A DNA stretch of 64,000 bases from an uncultured Candidatus Saccharibacteria bacterium (GCA_964646515.1 CAZYES010000001.1:7582-71581); one strand, 5' to 3'. Positions 26,782-36,388 are shown, counted from the stretch's first letter. The notes: a model not told the origin generated them from the letters alone. Translations and numbers: made by a program.

Positions 26782-26812
26782 ATAAGCTCCGCGGAGCTTA
26801 TTTTCTTCATTT
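26782..26812 (+). promoter_or_regulatory. Perfect 20-nt palindrome plus T-run, 33 nt upstream of rpsS (terminator or attenuator-like)
   Basis: ATAAGCTCCG/CGGAGCTTAT (26782-26801) followed by TTTCTTCATTTTC. Confidence 0.4.
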
Positions 26813-26833
26813 TCTCGTAAATTTTTTAATATA

Positions 26834-27184
26834 ATGCCACGATCACTAAAAAAAGGGCCATATCTTGATGAGAATCTTTTGAAGAAGATTTCTGGCAAAA
26901 AGCCTGCAACAACTGGTACCATCAAGACCTGGGCGCGTCGTTCACAAATATCGCCGGAAATGGTCGGCTTTACCTTTGGTGTACACAATGGCAAGACGCA
27001 TATAGATGTATTTATAACCGAGGACATGGTTGGGCACCGCCTCGGTGAATTTTCGCCAACTAGAAAGTTCTTGCGTCATGGAGGCAAGATGCAGAAGGAG
27101 ATCGAAATGAAGGCCAAAGAAGCTGAAATGGCCGCGGCCAAATCTGCAAAAGAAGCCGCAACTGCTGTAGCTACCAAAAAATAA
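26834..27184 (+). CDS. rpsS: 30S ribosomal protein S19 with a K/A/E-rich C-terminal tail
   Basis: [19 protein letters not shown] and VHNGK motifs. Confidence 0.95.
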   Translation: MPRSLKKGPYLDENLLKKISGKKPATTGTIKTWARRSQISPEMVGFTFGVHNGKTHIDVFITEDMVGHRLGEFSPTRKFLRHGGKMQKEIEMKAKEAEMAAAKSAKEAATAVATKK

Positions 27185-27193
27185 TTTACTTTT

Positions 27194-27607
27194 ATGATAA
27201 CCGCTTCACTCAAAAACTATAGGATCTCGCCCAGAAAGGTTCGTTTGGTTGCGGATATGATTCGTGGTAAAAATGTTGTGGAAGCCAAAGATATCCTTGG
27301 TCATGTTATCAAAAGAGCCAAGCACCCCATATCTAATCTTCTCGATTCTGCTGTTGCCAATGCTTCTCACAATCACAAGATAGACAAAGAGACTCTTTTT
27401 GTAAAGGAGATCCGTGTAGATCAAGGTTATGTTTTGAAACGTAGTCAACCAATGGCAAGAGGATCAGCTTTCCCAATCAAAAAGAGAACAAGCCACGTTG
27501 TTATTGTTTTGTCTCCGAAGTTGGATAATGCAAAGGTGGTGAAGTCATCCAAAGTCAAGAAATCGGTAGACAAGAAAGACAATAAAAAGACAACAGCTGT
27601 TAAATAA
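27194..27607 (+). CDS. rplV: 50S ribosomal protein L22
   Basis: RISPRKVRLVADMIRGK motif; K-rich C-terminal tail. Confidence 0.93.
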   Translation: MITASLKNYRISPRKVRLVADMIRGKNVVEAKDILGHVIKRAKHPISNLLDSAVANASHNHKIDKETLFVKEIRVDQGYVLKRSQPMARGSAFPIKKRTSHVVIVLSPKLDNAKVVKSSKVKKSVDKKDNKKTTAVK

Positions 27608-27616
27608 TATATTCAC

Positions 27617-28291
27617 ATGTCCCACACCGTTCACCCATATTCACATAGGCTAGGAGTTATACGCGATTGGAAAAGTCGTTGGTTTAACACCGACCGAGAT
27701 TATCGCAAAGCTCTCAAGGGCGATTTGCTCATTCGTGAATTCTTACAAAAAGAACTTCGTTCCAATTATATTGGCGGGCTAGATATTGAGCGTAATCAAA
27801 AAACCTTAAAGGTAATTGTAAAGACTTCTCGACCGGGTATGCTTATTGGTAAAGCTGGTGATGGGGTGACCAAGCTCCGTGCCAAAATACTAAAACTTTT
27901 GAATAACAACAAGATCAAACTTGATGGGCAAGAGCTCAAAGTTGAGATCGAAGAAGTGCGTAGCCCAGAGTCAAATGCCATGATAGTGGGCATGATGGTT
28001 GCCGAATCATTGGAAAAACGTCTACCATTCCGACGCGTCATGAAACAGACGATAGAAAAAGTCATGGCCAACAAAGATGTCAAAGGGGTTCGTATCCGTC
28101 TGGGTGGCCGTCTCGGAGGTGCCGAGATCGCTCGTAGCGAAGAGTTGAAAAAAGGCCAAATTCCTTTGCAAACGTTACGCGCTGATATAGATTTTGCTCG
28201 TGAGAAAGCACATATGACCTATGGTGATATTGGCATAAAGGTTTGGATTTATAGGGGTGAGATTTTTAAAAAAGACGTAAAAAGTAATTAA
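27617..28291 (+). CDS. rpsC: 30S ribosomal protein S3
   Basis: HPYSHRLGVIRDWKSRWF N-terminus, KH domain, GRLGGAEIAR motif. Confidence 0.95.
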   Translation: MSHTVHPYSHRLGVIRDWKSRWFNTDRDYRKALKGDLLIREFLQKELRSNYIGGLDIERNQKTLKVIVKTSRPGMLIGKAGDGVTKLRAKILKLLNNNKIKLDGQELKVEIEEVRSPESNAMIVGMMVAESLEKRLPFRRVMKQTIEKVMANKDVKGVRIRLGGRLGGAEIARSEELKKGQIPLQTLRADIDFAREKAHMTYGDIGIKVWIYRGEIFKKDVKSN

Positions 28292-28309
28292 TTCCATACT
28301 TCCAATACC

Positions 28310-28732
28310 ATGCTATTTCCAAAGAAAGTAAAACATCGCAAGTGGTTTACCATGCGTATGCATCCAGAAAAGGAAGCGTCACATTGCGATACCCGAGGCG
28401 TTGATTTGGCCTTTGGTTCTTTTGGTCTGAAAGCAATGAAGTATGGTCGTATTACTTCCAACCAAATTGAGGCCGCCAGGAAAGTCATGGCTCGTTATGC
28501 CACAAAATCTGGCAAGGTGTGGGTTAGGATTTTCCCAGATCATCCCTTTACGCAAAAGCCGGCAGAAGTAAAAATGGGCAAGGGCAAGGGTGATCCTGTT
28601 GGATTTATTGCCGAGGTCAAACCGGGGCGTATTGTTTTTGAGATTGATGGCGTTGAGCAAAAGATCGCTTCGGAGGCTCTCAGGAAGGCTGGCACAAAAT
28701 TACCTATCAAAACAAAAGTAGTCAGTCGATAA
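28310..28732 (+). CDS. rplP: 50S ribosomal protein L16
   Basis: [12 protein letters not shown]-terminus, [16 protein letters not shown] motifs. Confidence 0.95.
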   Translation: MLFPKKVKHRKWFTMRMHPEKEASHCDTRGVDLAFGSFGLKAMKYGRITSNQIEAARKVMARYATKSGKVWVRIFPDHPFTQKPAEVKMGKGKGDPVGFIAEVKPGRIVFEIDGVEQKIASEALRKAGTKLPIKTKVVSR

Positions 28733-28759
28733 TAGGTATACAGAAATACTTTTATTAAC

Positions 28760-28957
28760 ATGAAAATGAAAGAAATTACAAATAAAACTACGACAGATTT
28801 GAGTAAGCTTATTTCCGAAAAACGTGAAGCTCTCAGGGTTTTTCGTTTTGGTGGGGCAGGAGCAAAGACCAAGAACGTGAAAGAGGGCCGCGCGATCAAA
28901 AAAGATATAGCAAGAATGATGACGGCGTTAACAGATAAAAAACATAGGGGCGAGTAA
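28760..28957 (+). CDS. rpmC: 50S ribosomal protein L29
   Basis: 65 aa; L29-like helical sequence; operon position between rplP and rpsQ. Confidence 0.85.
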   Translation: MKMKEITNKTTTDLSKLISEKREALRVFRFGGAGAKTKNVKEGRAIKKDIARMMTALTDKKHRGE

Positions 28958-29025
28958 TCTTTGTATATGATCCAAAATACGAATCCTCGACAAATTGTAG
29001 TAATTCAAGTAATATCACCAATCAC

Positions 29026-29283
29026 ATGATGCCAAACAAAACAACTGAAAAAAAGCTAAAGCGCCAGATGTTCGATGGCGTGGTTGTTTCTGACAAGATG
29101 AAAGATACCAGTGTGGTCGAGATTGAAAGATATGTAAGACATGCGAAGTATCATAAGTTTCAAATAAAAAGGACGAAATTGATGGCACATGACCCGGGCA
29201 ATACGAAAAAGATAGGTGATAAAGCAAAGATCGAGTCATGCAGACCGATTTCGAAGAGGAAAGCGTTCAGGGTTATTGGTTAG
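29026..29283 (+). CDS. rpsQ: 30S ribosomal protein S17
   Basis: GVVVSDKMKDTSVV...YHKFQIKRTKLMAHD...CRPISKRK motifs. Confidence 0.93.
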   Translation: MMPNKTTEKKLKRQMFDGVVVSDKMKDTSVVEIERYVRHAKYHKFQIKRTKLMAHDPGNTKKIGDKAKIESCRPISKRKAFRVIG

Positions 29284-29304
29284 ATATTAAATTGCATTAC
29301 CAAA

Positions 29305-29676
29305 ATGATACAACCGCGTACAATAGTGAATATAGCAGACAATTCTGGAGCCAAAATAGGGCGTATTTTCAAAGTACTTGGTTCCTCTAAAAAACGCTAC
29401 GCAGGACTTGGCGAAGTGGTTGTACTTTCTGTACAAAAAGCTGAGCCACGAAAAACGATCAAAAAGAAAGATGTTTTGCATGCCGTAGTTGTGCGTCAGA
29501 CCAAGCCGGTTCGTAGAAAGGATGGTTCTTACATCCGCTTCGACGAAAATGCCGTAGTAATTATCGAAAAAGAGAAGAAAGAGCCTGTTGCGGGACGTAT
29601 TTTTGGGCCCATCCCTCGTGAAGTTGGTGAGGCGGGATTCAAGACCATTGCTTCCAAAGCGGCTGAGATTGTGTAA
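29305..29676 (+). CDS. rplN: 50S ribosomal protein L14
   Basis: MIQPRTIVNIADNSGAK N-terminus. Confidence 0.96.
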   Translation: MIQPRTIVNIADNSGAKIGRIFKVLGSSKKRYAGLGEVVVLSVQKAEPRKTIKKKDVLHAVVVRQTKPVRRKDGSYIRFDENAVVIIEKEKKEPVAGRIFGPIPREVGEAGFKTIASKAAEIV

Positions 29677-29710
29677 TTTTGATTTTTCAATTCAATTTAA
29701 TTTAACCACT

Positions 29711-29929
29711 ATGCATGTAAAAAAAGGAGATATTGTTCAAATATTATCAGGTGACAATAAAGGTAAGACGGGCAAGATCGTTAAGGTATTTCCGCGTGAA
29801 AATAAAATAGTCGTAGAAGGCGTGAATGTTATCAAAAAACATCAACGCGCAAGAAAAGAAGGCCAAAAAGGTCAGACGGTAGAGATAGCGATGCCTTTTG
29901 ATGCTTCAAAAGTCAAAATTAAAGTCTAA
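29711..29929 (+). CDS. rplX: 50S ribosomal protein L24
   Basis: MHVKKGDIVQILSGDNKGKTGKI (KOW motif). The ORF track starts further upstream, inside rplN. Confidence 0.9.
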   Translation: MHVKKGDIVQILSGDNKGKTGKIVKVFPRENKIVVEGVNVIKKHQRARKEGQKGQTVEIAMPFDASKVKIKV

Positions 29930-29934
29930 AAATC

Positions 29935-30489
29935 ATGTCATACAAAACAATTTACGAACTCAATAAGAACTCTTTTGAAACTTTGAAGACTCCTCTGGCT
30001 ATAGAGAATCCTATGCAGACGCCAAAGTTGGTGAAAGTGGTTGTTTCCAGTAGTTTTGGTTCGATCAAAGATAAAAAGAAGATCGAACTTATTGCCGATA
30101 GATTGGCGAAAATCACTGGGCAGAAACCTGCTGTTCGTGTAGCCAAGAAAGCTATTGCCACATTCAAGACTCGCACGGGCGATCCCATTGGTTATCAAGT
30201 AACTCTACGTGGCAAGCGGATGACAGAATTTTTAGATCGCCTGATTCATATCGCTCTGCCTCGTACCAAAGATTTTCGAGGACTTTCTAGAGATTCAGTC
30301 GATGCCATGGGTAATTTTACTATAGGTATAAAAGAGCATACGATTTTTGCAGAGACTGCTGACGAGGATCTAAAAGATGTTTTTGGCATGGCCGTTACTA
30401 TCGTTACTACCTCTAGCGACAAAAAATCTACTTTAGCGTTTCTCGAGTGTATAGGTTTGCCCCTAAAAAGGGTAGGAGCAAAGAGATAA
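29935..30489 (+). CDS. rplE: 50S ribosomal protein L5
   Basis: 184 aa; LPRTKDFRGL and FGMAVTIVTT motifs. Confidence 0.95.
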   Translation: MSYKTIYELNKNSFETLKTPLAIENPMQTPKLVKVVVSSSFGSIKDKKKIELIADRLAKITGQKPAVRVAKKAIATFKTRTGDPIGYQVTLRGKRMTEFLDRLIHIALPRTKDFRGLSRDSVDAMGNFTIGIKEHTIFAETADEDLKDVFGMAVTIVTTSSDKKSTLAFLECIGLPLKRVGAKR

Positions 30490-30570
30490 TCGATAACCAT
30501 ATTGCTTTATAATACATGGGGCTCTTTTATTTCCCATGAATTGTGATAGTCTGATGAAACGATACTAACC

Positions 30571-31401
30571 ATGATTATTGATGGCCGTGTAACTAGAGAA
30601 GCTTTGTTTCCAGGACTTGAGCGAAGAGCCCAGGCGCTTTCTTTTAGACCGACATTGGCGATCGTCCAAGTGGGCAATAGACCTGACTCCACAGCTTTTA
30701 TTCGTGCCAAGAGGGCGTTTGCCAAGAGGGTTGGTGTCAACGAGAAACATATACAGGTGCCAGAAAATATTTCACAGAACGAACTTATTGATATTATAAA
30801 GAAATGTAATATTGATCTTTCTATTCATGGGATAATAATACAGTTACCTTTGCCTATACATATTGGAAGGGACACGGTAATCGATGCCATAGATCCGAAA
30901 AAAGATGCCGACGGTTTGACTGCTACCAATGTGAAACTTTGGTTAGAAGGCAGAGAAGATTGCATAATGCCCGCTACGGCTCGAGGTATCAAACATTTAC
31001 TGAATTATTACAAGATAGATCTATTTGGCAAGCACGTAACAGTTGTCGGTCGCTCGATGCTTGTAGGTAAGCCGATTGTCGCTATGTGCTTGAATGAAAA
31101 TGCCACAGTTACAGTTGGTCACAGCAAAACCAAACATCTTGCAGAGGAGACAAAAAATGCGGATGTTTTGGTTGTGGCTGTTGGAAAACCGGGTTTAATT
31201 GATGAAAAGTATGTAAAGAAGGGGCAAGTTGTTATTGATGTTGGCATTAGTCGCACCCAGGACAACAAACTTATTGGTGATGTTGATTTTAATTCAGTTT
31301 CAAAGAAAGTATCTGCCATTACTCCCGTACCAGGTGGCGTTGGTCCCATGACGGTATTTTCATTATTTGAGAATCTTATTGGTCTATGTGAGAAATGGTA
31401 G
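30571..31401 (+). CDS. folD: Bifunctional methylenetetrahydrofolate dehydrogenase/cyclohydrolase
   Basis: IIDGR N-terminus, GIIIQLPLP, VVGRSMLVGKP, TPVPGGVGPMT motifs. Confidence 0.93.
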   Translation: MIIDGRVTREALFPGLERRAQALSFRPTLAIVQVGNRPDSTAFIRAKRAFAKRVGVNEKHIQVPENISQNELIDIIKKCNIDLSIHGIIIQLPLPIHIGRDTVIDAIDPKKDADGLTATNVKLWLEGREDCIMPATARGIKHLLNYYKIDLFGKHVTVVGRSMLVGKPIVAMCLNENATVTVGHSKTKHLAEETKNADVLVVAVGKPGLIDEKYVKKGQVVIDVGISRTQDNKLIGDVDFNSVSKKVSAITPVPGGVGPMTVFSLFENLIGLCEKW

Positions 31402-31480
31402 AGGCCTATATTGGCTTATTTGCTCTATAATCAATAAGACGATACCATGTATTTATTATTAATAATTTATATTAAACAAT

Positions 31481-32266
31481 ATGAATAACATACCTGAAAA
31501 TTTTTGGAAGTTAGCTCGAGTCCTGACTGTTGTTTTGATGGTACTTCTGGCTGTAGTGGCGATAAAAGAATTCAAAGCTATTGGTTACGTTGGTGCCAAT
31601 CCAAATATGATGAATACGATTACGGTAGATGGCAGTGGAGATGTCGTGGCAATGCCTGATCTTGCAACCTTTTCATTTACGGTGACTGAAAATTCCAAGA
31701 CTGTAGCGGAGGCCCAAGCCAAGCAAGCAACCAAGGTTAACGCTGCTCTGAAAGCTGTACGGGATAGTGGTGTGGCTGATAAAGACATAAAAACACAGTC
31801 TTACAGTATAAATCCGCATTATGAATACCAAAATAGTGTTTGTACAGCCTATAGTTGTCCTCCTTCAAAGTCTATTTTGACTGGGTACGATGTGAGTCAA
31901 AGTATTCTAGTTAAGGTGCGCGATCTTGAAAAAGCCGGAGCGTTGTTTACTTCAATAGGTTCGCTCGGCGTAGACAATGTTGGCGGTCTTGATTTCTCTG
32001 TTGATGGTCCAGACACCATAAAAGCTCAAGCTCGTAGGGAGGCGATCAAGGACGCGCAAGCCAAAGCCGATGAATTGGCAGAGCAACTAGGCGTACGTTT
32101 GGTCCGTATTACCAGTTTCTACGAATCCGGCAACCCCACTCCGATAGTCTATGGTATGGGCGGAGCAAAAGATGAAGTAGTTAGAGTGCAAACAGCCACG
32201 CCGGAAGTACCAACAGGAGAGCAAAAAGTGACGAGTAATGTGACGATTACTTACGAAATAAAATAG
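31481..32266 (+). CDS. SIMPL/DUF541 family secreted protein
   Basis: 261 aa; N-terminal TM/signal; family-like pattern (TQSYSINP, coiled C-terminal region with AKADELA). Confidence 0.7.
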   Translation: MNNIPENFWKLARVLTVVLMVLLAVVAIKEFKAIGYVGANPNMMNTITVDGSGDVVAMPDLATFSFTVTENSKTVAEAQAKQATKVNAALKAVRDSGVADKDIKTQSYSINPHYEYQNSVCTAYSCPPSKSILTGYDVSQSILVKVRDLEKAGALFTSIGSLGVDNVGGLDFSVDGPDTIKAQARREAIKDAQAKADELAEQLGVRLVRITSFYESGNPTPIVYGMGGAKDEVVRVQTATPEVPTGEQKVTSNVTITYEIK

Positions 32267-32379
32267 ATCTGGCTTTGAGATCACGGCCGATTTAATGTGA
32301 GCAGTAGTTGCCAATAAGGTGGTTGTTATTTTTGCGTAGACTGTGTATATTTTGGGGTAGAGCTTTGAAATTTTGAATT

Positions 32380-32913
32380 ATGAAAACTATATATGTCTAC
32401 TTTGGCAATGTTGCTACGCTTAGTCAGACACAAAGAGAGGTTCTTGATCAACTCCAACGTCACTTGGAATATAGTCTGAATAAAGGTTGTATCCCAGATA
32501 ATACGTACTGTGAGTTAGTAATGGCCAATTCAGTACTTGTTAGTGGCGGTGGTTCTAATGGTCAATATCAATCTTGGCAAACCAATCATATTGTTTGTGA
32601 CGGCCTGATTGTTGTGCCAGTGTGTCCGTGTGATATAAAGACGGTGATCGAAGCCGAGGTCGCTGTTTCTGGGATCACTCCTCCTGATGCCGTAGTCGAT
32701 GATTACGGTCGCTTCAAGAGGCCGATACCTGTAGTAGATTTCTGTTTTGGCAGAAAGGCCAATGCGATGATCGAAATCCATGCCAATAGGGATTTCCATT
32801 TACAGTGCAAGGCTAGTTCGTTTGAACTTGTACCTGAGGCAAATGTTGAAAAATTGGCAGAAGAAGTTGCCCAAAAGTATCGCAGGTTTGCTGACTTCTT
32901 CTGTGCTTGCTGA
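32380..32913 (+). CDS. Hypothetical Cys-rich protein (orphan)
   Basis: 177-aa ORF with about 10 Cys (VCPCD, C-terminal FFCAC), no motif I recognise, and its own strong terminator. Confidence 0.55.
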   Translation: MKTIYVYFGNVATLSQTQREVLDQLQRHLEYSLNKGCIPDNTYCELVMANSVLVSGGGSNGQYQSWQTNHIVCDGLIVVPVCPCDIKTVIEAEVAVSGITPPDAVVDDYGRFKRPIPVVDFCFGRKANAMIEIHANRDFHLQCKASSFELVPEANVEKLAEEVAQKYRRFADFFCAC

Positions 32914-32932
32914 TATAGGCACCTGTCTCCTG

Positions 32933-32962
32933 AGCGCGTTTGTGATAACGCGCTTTTTGTTT
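32933..32962 (+). terminator. Intrinsic terminator
   Basis: Perfect 8-bp stem AGCGCGTT / AACGCGCT, 6-nt loop, then TTTTTGTTTG. Confidence 0.75.
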
Positions 32963-33050
32963 GATACTCTGGATGTGGCTGTCTGGGTGGTGTCTGATTG
33001 GTTCCGGATACATTTTGTATTCATTAACAAATCTAACCCAACACATCTCC

Positions 33051-33079
33051 TTGACTTTGTAGTTAAGGGGGTGTATATT
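33051..33079 (+). promoter_or_regulatory. Sigma70-type promoter for secE-nusG-rplK
   Basis: TTGACT (33051-33056), 17-nt spacer, TATATT (33074-33079). Confidence 0.6.
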
Positions 33080-33098
33080 TCTCCACAAGTTATCCCCA
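33079..33098 (+). promoter_or_regulatory. Two tandem near-consensus DnaA-box-like 9-mers at the predicted transcription start
   Basis: TTCTCCACA (33079-33087) and TTATCCCCA (33090-33098), each 1 mismatch from TTATCCACA. The second overlaps a CCCC/GGGG hairpin plus T6. Confidence 0.3.
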
Positions 33099-33128
33099 GC
33101 AGGGGTTTTTTAATAAAATAGAAATATC

Positions 33129-33305
33129 ATGAAAATCATCGAGTATATCAAAGAGACAAGATCGGAAATGAGCCATGTTAATTGGCCGACTAGACAACAG
33201 ACTATCAGATTTACTGCTCTTGTTATTATTGTCTCATTGGCAGTGGCGGCTTTGCTTGGGGTCTCGGATTTTGTGTTCTCAAAGCTACTCACATTACTAT
33301 TCTAA
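33129..33305 (+). CDS. secE: Preprotein translocase subunit SecE
   Basis: 58-aa ORF not in the track: MKIIEYIKETRSEMSHVNWPTRQQTIRFTALVIIVSLAVAALLGVSDFVFSKLLTLLF. The E..KV.WP motif, a single TM and the position before nusG all fit SecE. Confidence 0.85.
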   Translation: MKIIEYIKETRSEMSHVNWPTRQQTIRFTALVIIVSLAVAALLGVSDFVFSKLLTLLF

Positions 33306-33353
33306 TTAAAAATACAAGCTTACGTTTTGAGTCTTTGTATACTTATCTTATAT

Positions 33354-33899
33354 ATGACCAAACAACATACAACAGGCGAGCGGAATTGGTACGCGATACA
33401 CACATACGCGGGTTATGAGAATGCTGTTGCCCGTAATCTCAAACAACGTATCGAGTCTTTGGGTATGGAGGACAAGATTTTTAATGTAATCGTGCCGACT
33501 GAAAAAAAATTCAAGATCAAAAATGGCAAACGAGTAGAGGAAGAAGAGAAAATCTATCCCGGTTATGTCTTGGTAGAAATGATTGTTACCGATGATTCTT
33601 GGTATATAGTACGCAATACTCCAAGGGTTACAGGTTTTGTCGGTGCCGGTATATCGCCAGTACCACTTGATGATCGTGAGGTGGCTACCTTATTTGATCG
33701 TATGCAAAAAGGTAATACAGAACATTCTATTGATCTTATCCAAGGAGACTTGGTCAAAGTTGCCGATGGCCCATTTAAGGATTTTGAAGGCAAAGTCGCT
33801 GAAGTTGATACGCAGAGAGGCAAGATCAAAGTTCTAGTATCGATGTTCGGCAGAGAAACACCCGTGGAGCTCGACTTCTTGCAAGTTAAAAAAGTTTAA
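33354..33899 (+). CDS. nusG: Transcription termination/antitermination factor NusG
   Basis: NWYAIHTYAGYENAV NGN domain; KOW motif GDLVKVADGPFKDFEG. ORF track starts at upstream TTG 33327. Confidence 0.93.
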   Translation: MTKQHTTGERNWYAIHTYAGYENAVARNLKQRIESLGMEDKIFNVIVPTEKKFKIKNGKRVEEEEKIYPGYVLVEMIVTDDSWYIVRNTPRVTGFVGAGISPVPLDDREVATLFDRMQKGNTEHSIDLIQGDLVKVADGPFKDFEGKVAEVDTQRGKIKVLVSMFGRETPVELDFLQVKKV

Positions 33900-33916
33900 T
33901 ATAATATCCACTTACT

Positions 33917-34339
33917 ATGGCAAAAAAAATTATCAAGAAAGTAAAGGTTATTGCTCCAGCAGGGAAAGCTACCCCAGCCCCACCATTGGGGCCAACGCTT
34001 GGTCAAGCGGGTGTCAACATAGGTGACTTTACCAAGAAGTTTAATGATGCTACCAAAACAATGGTTGGTGACATGATACCTGTGCTCATCACTGTATATG
34101 AGGACCGTACATATAGTTTTGTTTTGAAGACTCCTCCTGCTTCAGCCCTTATTTTAAAGGCGCTAAAACAAGAAAAAGGCTCAGGTAAACCGAATACCAA
34201 GAAGATTGGCTCAATTACCAAGGCACAACTCAAGGATATTGCTGAGAAAAAGATGCAAGATCTGAACGCAAATACAGTAGAGATGGCGATGAAAATAGTG
34301 TCGGGATCTGCCAAATCCATGGGGGTAGAGATAAAATAG
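33917..34339 (+). CDS. rplK: 50S ribosomal protein L11
   Basis: [22 protein letters not shown] motif. Confidence 0.96.
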   Translation: MAKKIIKKVKVIAPAGKATPAPPLGPTLGQAGVNIGDFTKKFNDATKTMVGDMIPVLITVYEDRTYSFVLKTPPASALILKALKQEKGSGKPNTKKIGSITKAQLKDIAEKKMQDLNANTVEMAMKIVSGSAKSMGVEIK

Positions 34340-34361
34340 AGTGGATTTTTACTATTCTTTT

Positions 34362-34871
34362 TTAGTGATTTATAGCAACTTCATACTCCAATAGAATTGT
34401 TCCACTTTCTGTTTTTTGCAGGTTGATTAATTTCAGCTTAAAATCCATCTCTTTCTGAAATAATTTTATTCCGCTTCCGAAAATAACTGGCTCGATTGTC
34501 AGGTACATTTTCTTTACCAGTCCAGACTCCATAAACATCGTATAGATCTGTGAACCACCACAGATAGCGATTTCTTTGTAACCACGCGCTTCAAGATCTT
34601 TGATAAGGTCAATGGGTGATTTGGCGGTGATTTCGACACCGGCCGGTAGATCATGTAGAGGCGTTGGTGAATATACTATATTTAGTCGATCTTTCAGGGG
34701 TTTATTGAGAGTGAGCCAAGTATTCTGGCCCATGACGACAACGCCCGCGCGTTTAGTTATTTCCACAAATCTTTTCTTGTCTTCTTTACTTGTCCACGTG
34801 GCGGTATGGGTAGAGTTTTTGCCAATATATCCGTCTGCGGTTAAGGCGGCGGTTATGAAACAAGTGATCAT
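34362..34871 (-). CDS. Dihydrofolate reductase family protein
   Basis: 169 aa. The patterns ITAALTADGYIG, VVVMGQNTW and KPLKDRLNIVYS align with DHFR/RibD-C family motifs. Confidence 0.7.
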   Translation of the reverse strand: MITCFITAALTADGYIGKNSTHTATWTSKEDKKRFVEITKRAGVVVMGQNTWLTLNKPLKDRLNIVYSPTPLHDLPAGVEITAKSPIDLIKDLEARGYKEIAICGGSQIYTMFMESGLVKKMYLTIEPVIFGSGIKLFQKEMDFKLKLINLQKTESGTILLEYEVAINH

Positions 34872-34875
34872 GTAA

Positions 34876-35505
34876 TTATATTTTATGTCTTTCTTTTAGT
34901 GTTTTTATATCTCCTTTGTTGATTAGATCAATTTCGTCCTGCTCCTCCATCATTATGCCTTCGATAATGTCTTTTTTGTGATACTTGCTTGGTTTTGGTT
35001 TTACTTCGTTTTTTAATTCCTCGAATACTACTTGGCAAAGGCGCTCGCCGGGGAAGAGGCGAACAGCCTGAGAGCGAGTGTTGTTTCTTATGGGAAGTAC
35101 CAATTGACCATCGTAGCCCGCATCAATAATGCCCGTTAGATCTAGCGATAGACCTTTTCTATTGGTTGATGAGCGGGGATACAGGACGCCCATAATATCG
35201 TTCGGCATCTTTATCGATTCAAGTGTCGAGACTAATATATATTCACTGGGTAAAAGGTCAAAATATTGGCCCTGTTCCAGTTCCACGACGTCGAAATATT
35301 CATGATTACGTTTGTCAAAATGTGTTATATCGAGCGATTCGCGTCCGCGTGGGGTCATATGCCACATTTTTGGCAACATGAACGTGTAGCCCAAACGGAG
35401 GTCTACAGAGTGTTCTTGTAATTGGAATTGGTCGAGATTGGGCTTGAAAATGAGGTTGCCAGATTCCACGAGTTTCGTTATTTGTTTTTTAGTAATTATT
35501 GACAT
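34876..35505 (-). CDS. dCTP deaminase/dUTPase-superfamily protein lacking the Dcd catalytic Glu (probable dNTP pyrophosphatase)
   Basis: Dcd-like N-terminus (SVDLRLG) and PRSSTNRKGL. IIDAGYDGQLVLPIRNN aligns with E. coli Dcd RIDPGWSGCIVLEFYN, putting Pro at the Glu138 position, and resembles dUTPase motif 3. Confidence 0.7.
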   Translation of the reverse strand: MSIITKKQITKLVESGNLIFKPNLDQFQLQEHSVDLRLGYTFMLPKMWHMTPRGRESLDITHFDKRNHEYFDVVELEQGQYFDLLPSEYILVSTLESIKMPNDIMGVLYPRSSTNRKGLSLDLTGIIDAGYDGQLVLPIRNNTRSQAVRLFPGERLCQVVFEELKNEVKPKPSKYHKKDIIEGIMMEEQDEIDLINKGDIKTLKERHKI

Positions 35506-35551
35506 GACGGAGATATGAGATTGAAATTGGGAATAAAGACAAAATTTTTAA

Positions 35552-36388
35552 TCAAAGTATTAATTTCAGGCCCTTTATTGGTTCCATAGGATTATACTGC
35601 TTTGAAAGGTTTTCTACTATCTCGTCCAAAAGTTTTGGGTCTTTCTCTTCTGCTCTGTCAAATGAGTCCTGTGGAAGTCTCAGTTCGATCATCGGGTGAT
35701 CGTTGGTCCTTTGGATCAATTCTTGGGCACCTTCATAATGTGAGTCATAAATGTGCGCATTGGAGATTGAATGAGAGTAAATACCTGTTTTAACCCCAAG
35801 TTTTTGTGCTAGCATACATTGGAGTAGCGCAAAACCTGATACATCCGCTGAGAAACCAAGCATTACGTCGTTGGAGCGAACGATATTATGCAGATGTAGA
35901 CGTCCGGCGACAATATTAACTGTAAATGTGTAGGGACAAGGTACATTTTTCTTTTTTATCAAAGAAAGACCGTCTTGGGCTGGATCCCAAGTGACAACCA
36001 CGGCTTGTCTGGAGCTCGATTCTTTTTCTAACAATTTAACGAGCAGGCCCAGTTGGTCACGTCCGAAATGCTTCCTCCATCGGTATCCGTAGGCGACGGT
36101 AACGACGTCTCCTGGATTGGTAAAGTCATCCCAAATGTGTGTATAGTTGCGTAGAAAATCTTCCGGCTTCCTGGACCCGGAAATGAACCAGATCTGTTCG
36201 GCGACGAACATCTTGATAGGTGATTTTCGCAAAGTGAGTATGGGGAAACCATCTTTCTCTATATCTAGTTGGAAATGCACGCCGACCTTGACTCTGGTTT
36301 CATGCCCCGTACGTTCGCTAAATTCAACCATGCCATTTTTCATAATATCATGTACGATGTTTTGGTATATTTGGTCGAACTTGGTCAT
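35552..36388 (-). CDS. Thymidylate synthase / dCMP hydroxymethylase family enzyme with Asp at the pyrimidine-specificity position
   Basis: Collinear with ThyA (ERTGHET, DGFPILT, IWD, YGYRWR, catalytic Cys in VPCPYTF, AHIY). RSNDVMLGFSADVSGFALL aligns with ThyA RSCDVFLGLPFNIASYALL. Confidence 0.8.
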   Translation of the reverse strand: MTKFDQIYQNIVHDIMKNGMVEFSERTGHETRVKVGVHFQLDIEKDGFPILTLRKSPIKMFVAEQIWFISGSRKPEDFLRNYTHIWDDFTNPGDVVTVAYGYRWRKHFGRDQLGLLVKLLEKESSSRQAVVVTWDPAQDGLSLIKKKNVPCPYTFTVNIVAGRLHLHNIVRSNDVMLGFSADVSGFALLQCMLAQKLGVKTGIYSHSISNAHIYDSHYEGAQELIQRTNDHPMIELRLPQDSFDRAEEKDPKLLDEIVENLSKQYNPMEPIKGLKLIL

